Positions 13,143 to 24,152 of a DNA stretch of 64,000 nucleotides are shown in pieces. Numbering within the stretch: the stretch's first letter is position 1; each line of letters opens with the position of its first letter. A model generated the notes under the pieces. It searched no databases. It had not been told where the DNA came from and saw only the letters and a list, made by a program, of their open reading frames with translations. A program made the position numbers and the translations under genes. Origin of the DNA: Batkoa obscura (Eukaryota); the NCBI GenBank assembly GCA_030770535.1, contig JASVEC010000002.1, positions 682,001 to 746,000 of the forward strand, written 5' to 3'.

Positions 13143-13319
13143 TTTGTTTAATATTAACATAAAATTAGATGACGTAATTCTCAATTAAATTTAAGGTTCA
13201 AATAAAATAGTTCAATAAAATCAATATAAAAAATGCCAATATTTATGCCAAGTTTAATATAAAGAAAATTATATAAAATCAAAATAATATTTCTTTAAGA
13301 TTATTTTTTATTTAATCTA

Positions 13320-14684
13320 ATGATTTTATTTAATATCGACCAACTACCTGATTTATTAATACAATGTATCTTTAATTATATTAAACCAATTGAATTATTT
13401 CAGTATTTAATATTAAATAAAAGAATAAATAAAATTATTCAATATTTAATAAAGATTAATTTGATACAATCTAATTATCATCTTACTAATTCTTATTGTT
13501 ACAAATTACAACAAAATTATATTGAATTAAATTTCAATTTAATAACTCATTTAATTATATCAACAAATGATAGCTATAGATTATTATTATTATGTCCTAA
13601 TTTAAAGGCCATTAGTTTTTTATTTACACATAAATCTAATACAGCAATAATCAATAATTATTTAACAGCTAAATTTAATAAATTAAAACATATTAAACTA
13701 AGATATCCAGGACGAATTATTGATGATTTATTATTACAATTAAAGTCATTATTGTGTATTATAAAAACAATTGATATTGATACTTATTCATTAAAGTTAG
13801 ATAAATTAATTCAAGTTATTAATTATGATAAAGTAACTTCAATCAAAATAAAATGTTTTAAATTAAATTTAGATGGTTTATCAATATTAAAACAATATAC
13901 TCATCTTACTCAATTGAAATTTATAGTTGATATATTAACTATACCAATAGAATATAATGATACTTTGAATTTTAAAGCATTGAAAGTATTATCTATTATT
14001 GCCCGTAAAACTTATTCTTTTCAACCTTATTATTTAGGTGATTTATCTCAATTAATTCATTTAGAACTTTATTTAAATCAATTTAATGATTATCAAGCCA
14101 TAACCCCTTCTATTTCTACTTTTACTTCTATTTCTACTTCTACTTCTACTTCTACTTCTACTGCAATCCCCTCTGTCCCAATTATTAACTTGAATTTAAA
14201 AAAATTAGGATTTATTCAATATGATTTTTTAATTACTAATAATTATTTAACTTCTATGATAAATTTAAATCATATAATTATTAAGTTTAGTGATGAATTT
14301 TATGCAGTATTATCGGTCATATTAACCCTTCCTAATCTCCAAAGCCTTGAATTCCTTTCTCTATGTTTTTACAAACAAGCATTAGCAACAAAAACTGACA
14401 CATCTATACTCTCCCTCCAAAATATGTCTTTAACCTCCAACTTCAATATTACGAAATTAACATTTAATTCGTCCACTTTTTCAATCAAGTTGATGTTCTC
14501 ATTACTTGCTTTATTTCCCAATTTATCTTTATTACAATTGATTAATTGTACCATTCAAGAAGTGGATTTAGGTCCCTATAATATGGAAACAAGGAATGAG
14601 TTGACAATTCAATATGATAAAAAATCCATGATATTTTATAATACGTTGAATCAAGTACAAGGCTTAAAATGGCAATTAATTTGA
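13320..14684 (+). CDS. F-box / leucine-rich-repeat-like protein, tandem paralogue
   Basis: F-box LPDLLIQCIFNYIKPIELFQYLILNKRIN. Shares YIKPIEL, LDGL, YNDT and terminal L-x-W-x-L motifs with the upstream gene. Confidence 0.82.
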   Translation: MILFNIDQLPDLLIQCIFNYIKPIELFQYLILNKRINKIIQYLIKINLIQSNYHLTNSYCYKLQQNYIELNFNLITHLIISTNDSYRLLLLCPNLKAISFLFTHKSNTAIINNYLTAKFNKLKHIKLRYPGRIIDDLLLQLKSLLCIIKTIDIDTYSLKLDKLIQVINYDKVTSIKIKCFKLNLDGLSILKQYTHLTQLKFIVDILTIPIEYNDTLNFKALKVLSIIARKTYSFQPYYLGDLSQLIHLELYLNQFNDYQAITPSISTFTSISTSTSTSTSTAIPSVPIINLNLKKLGFIQYDFLITNNYLTSMINLNHIIIKFSDEFYAVLSVILTLPNLQSLEFLSLCFYKQALATKTDTSILSLQNMSLTSNFNITKLTFNSSTFSIKLMFSLLALFPNLSLLQLINCTIQEVDLGPYNMETRNELTIQYDKKSMIFYNTLNQVQGLKWQLI

Positions 14685-14776
14685 TAATTTTTTTAAAAAT
14701 AAAACTAGCTTCTTTTATAATGTATTCGTTAAACATTAATCTATGGAAAAAATAAAGTTAAAAATTTCAATATTCA

Positions 14777-14848
14777 AGGGCGCACCCGGATTTGAACCAG
14801 GGACCTATCGATCTGCAGTCGATTGCTCTACCACTGAGCTATACGCCC
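14777..14848 (-). tRNA. tRNA-Cys(GCA), identical to the copy at 9820
   Basis: Exact reverse complement of 9820-9891. Confidence 0.95.
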
Positions 14849-15062
14849 ATTTTATACTTATTAAGTAAGACGTAATAAAACTAAATATAAATTAATTTTT
14901 TTTTCTAAAAAACATTAAATAATGATAACAACTTTAAAATAGAATAAAACTATAAAATAATCTAGGTTAGTAAAAAGGATATTGATATCTTTTTATTAAT
15001 TATAAATCTTCAATCATTTATATTAATTATATCAGTATATAGATTAAGTCAATATCCTAGTT

Positions 15063-16343
15063 TTAATTTAGTTTTAATTGATATTGATTGCCTGTATGCT
15101 AAAGTAAAATTAAAACATTAAAATTCATTATTAATTAATTAGATAATTCTAATGTCTTACCATATATCGGTTTTTTATATTTATAATCTTTATCTTATCT
15201 TCATTCTTCTCTAACTCAGTTTCAAATAATAAACAAAAATTATGCTTTAAAAAAGGACCTAATGGATTGAATTTAGATTCCATATTCTTTACAACATGAG
15301 TGGTAATCTAATTTAACATTGAATTTATCCCATTTATTAATAAACTAAAAGTATTAAAATATTGATTTCACTTACGATCACTGTAATCTGATATTGTTTA
15401 GCTATTCTTCTCAATGAAGAGATCAATTCCCAAGCTATTAAATGCATGGAATTTTTCATTAACTCCAAATTTGCTGCATAGAGAAGTAATTGATCTATAT
15501 TATCTAGTAATAGAAGGGTATTATAAAATTCATACTTGGCTAAAAAATTCATTAAAGTTTCATAATTAAAAAATCGAATTAATTGAATTCTAGTTAAGAG
15601 ACAAGTGATATCATTGGAACAAGTGGATTTTTGAAGAAGTAGATAATGTAATTTTTTATAATTAATATCGCCTTTTAGGTCAATGATGACTACCTTTTGA
15701 TTACTTGATAATAGATGTGTGATCGCTAATTGAAGTAATATCTATTATGGTTAATAATCTAATTATAATTATAGATTAAGTTTTTTTATTTACTTGTGTT
15801 TTTCCACTACCACTTATACCTTCAATACCAATTAATCGATTAACATTAAATATATTCAATTCTTTAAAATAATTATATAAATCATTCCTTATCATAAACC
15901 TTAATTCCCCTTCTTTTAAAATAAAACCAAAACTATTTACCTAATTCTAATATTCAATTGTACCCTATTTTCATTACACTCCCTTTGTTTTATTTGTAAT
16001 AATTCAAAACCATTAACTATTTTCTCTTGAATTAAGTTTTGTTTTGATTTCCTTTGTTTTAATACTTCCATAATTGCATACAACTCTTTAAAATATTCAA
16101 ATTGTTTGGTCTCCCTACCTTTTAGTAATTCAATTAAACTGGCCAAATTATACTTTTCTTGGCCCAATAATTGATACAATTGATAATCTATAATTCATTA
16201 ATTAGTGATAATGGTCAGTGTAGGGATTGGAAAATACCATATTCAATTCCTTGTTTTAATAACGCTTGTAAACAAAGTTGAATTTTTAAGTCTGGATTTG
16301 AAAGCTGACTTTGAATATAAGCTTGTAATTGAAGTAGTTTCAT
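15063..16343 (-). CDS. RAD51 paralogue (RAD51D/XRCC2-like RecA-fold ATPase), 6 exons
   Basis: Manual splicing (intron 1 at 16188-16237) gives MKLLQLQAY..., Walker A IGIEGISGSGKTQ, VVIIDLKG, Walker B LLLLDNI, LRRIAKQYQITVI-ITTHV, ending HTGNQYQLKLN*. Confidence 0.8.
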
Positions 16344-17386
16344 TATGAAATCAAAGTTACAATAAATTTTGAAAATTTAAAATTCAAATAAAGTTAACTA
16401 TTTTTTTAAAGTTATTTTTAATAAACTATGTAATAGCTTAAAAACTTAATTGATTAAGAAGAATTTGGTTGGTTTCTTAAATATAGAAAAAAAATAGAAA
16501 CATAATCGATATTCTAATCAAAACAACATTATTTTTATTTACAAAATAAACAATTGATTATTCATAATACAACTGTATCAAAAGATGACATTTAGAAAAG
16601 TTATTATAGTATAACTAATCCTAAAAAAACCAACCTTAGAAATTTTACTATAACCCATTAAACACGACTTAAACTTAATATTAGTTACATTATTAAACTA
16701 AGCAATCTTAACTATGGGTATTGAAACGATAAGAAAGTAATGAATTCCTAAAATAAACATATTAAATAATAATTATTCATCATAATCATCCGGAGACTAT
16801 TATGGGATTCGTTAAAGTAACCAATGATATCAAAATTGATAACTTACAATTCATTTTGGTTATTGTTCTTGAATATAAAATATTTAAATGTTGCTTTTAA
16901 ATTTATTAAGTGCGACATTATTGCTATTCTTAATAATAAAGTATGAAATCTTTTTAAGTAATTAAATTTTTTTAAACAAGTTCAGAATCATAGGAGTTTA
17001 CGAGTTGTAACACTAAATATTATTACTGGCAAAAATGAGTTATTTATTCAGAAATTGGTTTTAGTATGTTGTAGTTAATAAAACTCTCAATTATTTTTAG
17101 TAAAAAAAAGAATGATTACTTATGAAATGGGCTTATTCAACAAAATGACAGTTGAATTTTATTCAAAAAAGATTGATGTTAGAATTAACAAAATGGCAAG
17201 CTAAAGTTAGAAAAATACTAATAAAATCCTTAAAATAACGCCAATAAGGGAATTAAATAACAGTTAAAAATCAATGAGGAAATTAAGTATAACGATTTTA
17301 TTTTATTATATATAATGAAATATCTTATCTTTGATTCAACTTTTTTTATATATCTATCCATTTTTAATATTGATATTAACTATAAA

Positions 17387-18394
17387 ATGATGATTACTTA
17401 TACTCTAATATTTTATTTGATTCAATTAATACTTAGTCAATGTAATCAAGTAGTAATGAGACGAGAGATCCGAGAATTAAGTAGTGGCGAATTGAATGAA
17501 TATATGAATGCTATTCGTACATTAAATAGTGGACCTAAACCCACACGGTATGATGAATTTGCCCGAATTCATTTAGAAAATGCGCCCTTTGCCCATGGAA
17601 CTATCCAATTTTTAGTATGGCATCGAGAATATATATTACAGTTTGAGCAATTATTACGTACAATATCACCAAATATTGTATTACCTTATTGGGATTGGTC
17701 TATTGATTTTCAAGATCCAGCAAGTTCCTCTGTTTTACAAAGTTTTATGCTTGGTGGTAATGGTAATCCAGACAATGAAAATTGTGTAGAAAATGGAATC
17801 TTTGGAAATATGTTAATGAGTTATCCAAGACAACATTGTTTAAAAAGACAATATGATTTAGGTAATCGAATGAGTAATTTTTTTAGTACCAATTCTTTAT
17901 TAAATATGATCCGTAATTCCAATTCTTATCAACGGTTTAATAATGATATTGAAATGTTACCTCATGCAAGGGTTCATGTTAATTTAGGTGGTAATGAGGG
18001 TGATATGAGTTATATGTTTTCAACTAATGATCCATTATTTTGGTTACATCATACTTTTATTGATAAAATCTATTATGAATGGCAACAGCAACATCCCTCT
18101 TTGGCAACTAGTTTTCCAGGAGATAATAATCAACCTATTCCTGGTTTTGGTACCCCTGTTTCTCAAGTATTAAATACAACTGGTGGCGGTAGATATTGTT
18201 ATACTTATGCAAGATTCCAAGGTGCTCCTGGTAACGCCCTTGCTTTTGATATGCAAGATGAAATGGAAGATTCCGCTAAGTTGGATAATTCCAAAGTTAA
18301 ACCTTTACCAGATGATTGGATCTTAAGAAATAATTTAAATCCGGCGGAAGTTCGTGCTTTAGAACAGGAATGGGGTATCGGTGAAAGTATTTAA
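17387..18394 (+). CDS. Secreted tyrosinase (type-3 di-copper protein)
   Basis: Signal peptide from ATG 17387; CuA H..AHG..FLVWHR; LPYWDW; CuB PHARVH and DPLFWLHHTFIDK. Confidence 0.92.
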   Translation: MMITYTLIFYLIQLILSQCNQVVMRREIRELSSGELNEYMNAIRTLNSGPKPTRYDEFARIHLENAPFAHGTIQFLVWHREYILQFEQLLRTISPNIVLPYWDWSIDFQDPASSSVLQSFMLGGNGNPDNENCVENGIFGNMLMSYPRQHCLKRQYDLGNRMSNFFSTNSLLNMIRNSNSYQRFNNDIEMLPHARVHVNLGGNEGDMSYMFSTNDPLFWLHHTFIDKIYYEWQQQHPSLATSFPGDNNQPIPGFGTPVSQVLNTTGGGRYCYTYARFQGAPGNALAFDMQDEMEDSAKLDNSKVKPLPDDWILRNNLNPAEVRALEQEWGIGESI

Positions 18395-18727
18395 GTCATG
18401 ATTCCTTTTTGTTTACCATTTTCTCTTTTTGCATTCAATTTATCATATTAATAAAGCATTCATTTTAGAACATTAGCTATACCATATAATATTATTTTTA
18501 TTTTAGTTTTATCATACTTTAGTATTTTCTATTACAAGTTACTATAGTTTGTTATATCTATCACATGTAGTTTTATGGATTAGCGGTTGGTTAAAATTTT
18601 TGACATTCAATTCAATGGCATCTTATAACATGAGTTTATAATCAACTGTAAATTGTAAAATTCATTAAAATAAATTTAAAATAAATCTAAAATAAATTAA
18701 AGTTTGTTTATAACATCAATTATAATT

Positions 18728-19586
18728 TTAATTATATAAAATAACAAGGAACATATAAACAAGTGGTATTATTTTAAAATTTAAATAGCTAGTACGAACA
18801 TGAAACCAAAGTAAAGTCAATGTGAATAGTATTTTAATATTATATAGGTAATCGTATATTTTAAGCATAGTTATAAAGTAATCTTCCTTGTCAGAGTTTC
18901 TTATGGTTCTATCTGCCTTTTCGAACTTATTTAAAAAGATTGTTTTACTTAAAAACAACAGTGAAGTAAAAATATGTTGAAATTGTAATAGAAATGTTGA
19001 GCAAAAGGTACAATATTTATTATCAAATAAAAAACCAGAAGTATTCATAATCAAAGGAATTAAATGAAGTGAATAACTCATAATAAGGATCATTTAATAA
19101 GCGGCTAATTAAAATATAACTCTACATTATAAGCTTGAATTTTTTTTTAAAACTGTATTGCTCTGATTTGTATTTTTTAATGATTATGTACATAATAGTA
19201 GTCAAATAAATTGTAGGAAGAATGATTGCTATGAAAATAAGTGAATTAAAGGCAATTAAAATAACTACTATTATATGCTTGGGGTTGTAATGAATAACCT
19301 AATATCTTTAATTTTTTTTTATATTTCATAGAAGTAAACTGTACCAAATAGAAACAGTAGTAACAGTTGTGGTATAAAGCATTGAAAGGAAAGCGCTAAA
19401 TATAAGTATGGAAACTGATACAAGAAAGGTATGGTTTGGATAGTCAAAAATATCAACCATATTAGCTATATTAAATAGCATATCATTTGGTAGTATAACA
19501 ATTGATAGCTTAAATACAAGTAAGTCATGCGTTGCTTTGAGTAACACTCTAGCGGTTTTGAAAACCATATGCTTATCAATAGTCAT
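18728..19586 (-). pseudogene. Possible decayed multi-pass membrane protein gene
   Basis: Two collinear hydrophobic ORF fragments (19586-19326, 19093-18728) separated by stop-containing hydrophobic-coding sequence. No diagnostic motif. Confidence 0.3.
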
Positions 19587-20141
19587 TGGTAAAACTTTTT
19601 AAAATATATAAATTGCTAATGATAAGTTTTACAAACGTAAATAATAGTTGTTTCATAAACTTTAAAAGGATTAAAAAACTCCTAAGTGCTTTGTTTCATA
19701 TAGAAACAAATACTAAGAATAGGGAGATAGATACATAAAACAGAATATCATTCTTTAAAAAATGTGAGTAGCTATTACATTGACAGAAACCAAAAAAGTT
19801 CTTTTCTAATTTTCAGCTGATAAAGCATAAAATAAGTAAATTTCTGTTTCATTATATATTTATTTAAAAAAATAGCTGAAAATTGGAGCTACTGTAATAT
19901 TTGTTTAAGTGCAAAAAGCGATTTTAACAGTATGGGGAGATGGGGTATAAAGTCAAAGTAATTATGAAGGAAGCAGCACACACCAAAAGAAAAATAATCA
20001 AGGAAAGGTAAAAATTACGAAATGGTTAAAATTATTTGTAAAACAATCTAGCTTTTACTAAGATAGAAAGGTAAATTAGGATGATAAATTGTATTTAATG
20101 AATTATCTAAAAATTCAATTAGATTACAAAAAAAAACACGT

Positions 20142-21420
20142 TTATCTTAAATCACCTGTCAATTCATTAAACCCTTTAATTATATCGAGGTCTCTTATAG
20201 CATCAATGCTATTCCTTTTGTAAAAATCATTACAATGATATTTATGCAAACGTTCTTGTAAGTTTAGTTTGGGCTCAATTAGTATATCGCTTTCAACATT
20301 AGAAGGGGTATTCAAAGTATCAAAAATTGTTGATTGAGTTAAATCATATCGCCCGCCTTTTCCTTTTGAACAAGGATAAAAGTAATTTTGAATAATTTGT
20401 ATATTGGCTAAAATAAAATAAAAAATTAGCTAAATTTAAACAATATCCAAATGTTTTTACATTCAATATAATTTATCCCAACCAACCAATTAAAATAGCC
20501 ATTATCCCATAAACAATTTGAATATGGGAAGTTTGAGCATGTGACAGTGATTACTAATATCATTTTCTTTTCGTTTTGTTGTATGTTTAATAAGGTTAAC
20601 TGATAATCTACTGGCCTTTTAAAGTTAAATCGCTTTGGTAATTTTCCCAATAAGTAATTCAACACAAAATCAATATTAAAAGAAAGAATATTTTTTTGGA
20701 CCTGAATGTTTCTATTTATCCTAAAATTAGATGTTCTCTCTGCTGAGTATATAAATAATTCATCACTAAGTTGCTCAATTTCGTTTAGACTTACTAACAT
20801 TATTTGATATTTTGTTTGATATAAAAGCACCCCTTCCATACTGAATATTCCCTCCTTTACATCAAAACTATTTGGAATATCCATTTCGTTTAGTTCTATT
20901 TGTTTCCATAACTGAGAATCATATTTACTGGTCAAAATGAAAAGTTTTCTAATAGTTTTTGATTCCATTGCTATGAACATTTGTTTGTTATTCTTTAAAA
21001 TTGATAATGAAATATTAAGTAGTGGTAAACCTTCTGTTAATTTGATCTCGTTAATTTTTTCAACTTGACAGAGCACTGAAAACTTAAACACCCTTAGAAC
21101 ATTTTCAAACAATGGCTCTGTACTACTGTTATTTTCCATCGAAGTACTTTGATATGTAACTAAAATATAAAAACATTTAACATGAGAAAATGAGCTTATT
21201 TACCTAGATAATCTCCATCCAACGTAAATCCAAGGATAGACCCTTTTTTTAATTCTTCATCTTTATCAAGAATGTCATCAATTTTAATTTTTCTACTTAT
21301 TGGTGATATTCTAGAATTTGATAATATTTTGCTGTCTGTCGGGTTACTCAGTTGAATTTTTCTATTTAATAAATACTTTGAAAGTTGAAAACGCTTTCTT
21401 CTTAGTTTGGAGTTGTTCAT
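20142..21420 (-). CDS. DCAF15/DET1-like CUL4-DDB1 substrate receptor (putative), 3 exons
   Basis: GT-AG introns 21160-21203 and 20408-20460 give one continuous frame. The N-terminal motif SILGFTLDGDYLVTY resembles the DCAF15 LGFSKCGRYVLSY motif. Confidence 0.6.
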
Positions 21421-22036
21421 CCTAATTTGTTTTATTACATGTATTTTATTAAATTGAACCAAAAGATAAGCTTAAATTTTTATTGAACTAATGTAATATT
21501 TTTATAAGCTTTAGGGATATGTCTTCTGATTGGTTAATCCAAGTTCAATAAGATTTTATAACAAAACGCGTATTTTAGATAATTATTGCCCAAACAAATT
21601 CTCCAATAGAAAGGCTAAAACGCGATTTTGGAAATTTGCTAAATTAACGTTATGGTGGTCTGAAAAAACCAATGGATTTATTCAAATTGCTACATTCGAA
21701 TGCTGAGATGCAAGTTAATTATAATTCAGTTTAAGATAGATGTTTGACTTAAAGAGTGTCTTTACAAGAATAAAATCCCTTAGTCTATTAATGTTAATTA
21801 AACGCATTTTTTAGGCATTTTAATGGTTAGGGATCATATATTGAAATTTTCAATGGTCATTAGTAAGTTTACAAACTAATAAAATCAACTTGTTTTTCAA
21901 TACTAATATATGAAATATGTTAGATAGTGTTTTTAGGGTATAGAGGTTAGTAAAAATATAGGTAACTATTTTTAAATTGCTTTAATGTAATTGACAAATA
22001 TAATAATTAACTTTTTATTCTAAATATACAAAACTA

Positions 22037-23425
22037 TTAAATTTTTGACTCCCAAGTTCTAATTCTTTCTCCCCAGATGGTTAGTATTATTAATATAGTT
22101 ATACCGATTAATTGTAAAAATCCAAACAATGAAAAGGTCCATCCATAATTTAAGTTTGATAGCATTATTGAGTTAACTGATGCTATAATACCAGCAGAAA
22201 TTGTTCTTAGACAATTATTACATGCAGTTATACTTGCTGAGTATTTTGGAAATAAGTCGATTAGATAAGTAGAAGTTCCAGAAAACACACAAGTCATACC
22301 AAATCCTACCAATAGTTGACTGAATAGGGTGGCTCCAAGTGGTAACTCAAACTCTAAAAACCAGCCTAACATAAACAAACCTACAGTGATACTAATTGCC
22401 CCGATAAACGATCCGTGAAGTCTAATCTCTGGTGGTGCGGGTTTATTAGTGATCCTACTATATCTGTTAATCAAGTAGTCTGATAACCTACCACCAAAGG
22501 TAGAGCCGATTAAATTCCCAATTCCAAGTGGGATATAAGCTAAGCCAACCTGAGATGAATTCAAGTGATAGACGGCTGTCAAAGATTTTATTTGAGAGGA
22601 AGAAATGCTATAGTATGAAGCAAAAATAATACTAGCGTATAAAACTGTTAAAGCAACAGTCATGTGCTTTAAATAAATTAAAGGCATAAGCGGATTGAAT
22701 ATAGGACCTTTACGATATATCTTAAAAGGACTTAAAGTTATTCCAAAAGTAAAATTTTGTTTCCTTTCTTTTGGCAATGTTTCAGGCAAAAAGAAGGTTA
22801 CAAAGATAAAAATGGCGCCTGCCAAACCAGTTAATATCCAAAATATATAACGCCATCCTAAATATTGGTTAACAAACCCACCTATTATGGGGCCTATTAC
22901 TGGTCCAATAAGAGGCCCTACTAAAAATAATCCTGTAGCAGATCCTCGTTCACTTCTTGGGAAAATATCGCTAATTGTTCCAATTCCTATTACTACAGTA
23001 GAAGATGACCCTAATCCTTGTAGTGCCCTCATTACGATTAGAAAATTAATGTTAGGTGCTAAAGCACAGCCTACACTTGATGCAATAAAGATAGCTGTTG
23101 AAGCTATATATACACCCTTTCTACCATACATATCAGCTAACCCTCCCCACATTAAGGGGGCTATTCCCATAATAAATAAAAAGCTTGATACGGTTATATC
23201 AACTAATTCCTCTGTTGTTTGTAATTCTTGTCTAATATTCAAAAGAGCTGGAAAATAAATAGCCGAACATATGGGAGATGACATTCCAGCAATAGCAATT
23301 AATAGCAGAATAAGATATCGTTGAAATTTAGTGAAGTCATTACTAATTTGTGGCTCTTGACTGTTTTGTTTTTCTAGCCCTTCTTCTATATTAGCAGCAT
23401 TGACTTCTTTTGTTTCTATTTCCAT
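22037..23425 (-). CDS. MFS transporter, DHA1 drug:H+ antiporter family
   Basis: About 12 TM segments, motif A GGLADMYGRK, motif C GPLIGPVIGPIIGG, LPET and PPEIRL motifs. Confidence 0.93.
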   Translation of the reverse strand: MEIETKEVNAANIEEGLEKQNSQEPQISNDFTKFQRYLILLLIAIAGMSSPICSAIYFPALLNIRQELQTTEELVDITVSSFLFIMGIAPLMWGGLADMYGRKGVYIASTAIFIASSVGCALAPNINFLIVMRALQGLGSSSTVVIGIGTISDIFPRSERGSATGLFLVGPLIGPVIGPIIGGFVNQYLGWRYIFWILTGLAGAIFIFVTFFLPETLPKERKQNFTFGITLSPFKIYRKGPIFNPLMPLIYLKHMTVALTVLYASIIFASYYSISSSQIKSLTAVYHLNSSQVGLAYIPLGIGNLIGSTFGGRLSDYLINRYSRITNKPAPPEIRLHGSFIGAISITVGLFMLGWFLEFELPLGATLFSQLLVGFGMTCVFSGTSTYLIDLFPKYSASITACNNCLRTISAGIIASVNSIMLSNLNYGWTFSLFGFLQLIGITILIILTIWGERIRTWESKI

Positions 23426-24058
23426 GTTTTAGGATATTCTTTAATATTAATCAAGATACATGTTATATGTTTATATACTTTTTTTTCATTCAAGTTTTTA
23501 TGAATTCATAAATTACTTTAAAATTAATTGCCATATTTATTTTTTCCAATTCATATTATCAATCTAAAAGGAAGAAATGGTTAATAATTACGTCATAAGC
23601 CTAAGAACTTTAAGATTTCGCAGAAAGGCTATTTTTCCCCGAGTGCTAAAATTTTTTTTAGCCGGAGTGGATAAATTCAAACAACAAAAAATCCAAAGGG
23701 TTCTTGATATAAATAGCTAAACTTTAATTAAAGTATTTTTAACACAATTTAATCTTAAAAACTTAGGCTTTTTATTAATTATTATAAATAAAACATTAAG
23801 CTTGAGAATATCGATTCATCCTGATTCTTCAATATCCCTTGATTTATTGAGAAATAAAATAAACCATGTTTAACAGTACCAGTTAGCCTAGATATAATTT
23901 TTATATTATAAGCTTAAACCCCAAGGTTGGTTTTGTCTAGATATCAAATGGCTGCTATTCATATCTATTATTTTTCTTATCCGGCTACTTCTGTTTCTCT
24001 CCAAAAAAAAGCTAATCAATATATGATGAATAATTAAGTGCGTTTTAATGTAGTATAT

Positions 24059-24152
24059 GGGGATGTGTTTTTTTTAAGAATTTTACTAACAATCTTTCTA
24101 CTCAAATAGCGCTTAAAAAAGGGAAAGATAATGAAATAAAAAAAACATTCCC
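24059..24152. mobile_element. MITE family copy
   Basis: GGGGATGT...ACATTCCC, ATAT TSD. Confidence 0.9.

Noticed and set aside
16188..16237. Intron starting GTATTTTC as a possible U12-type intron
   Set aside because: It does not match the U12 donor RTATCCTT, has no CCTTAAC branch site, and has an ordinary CTAAT branch point.
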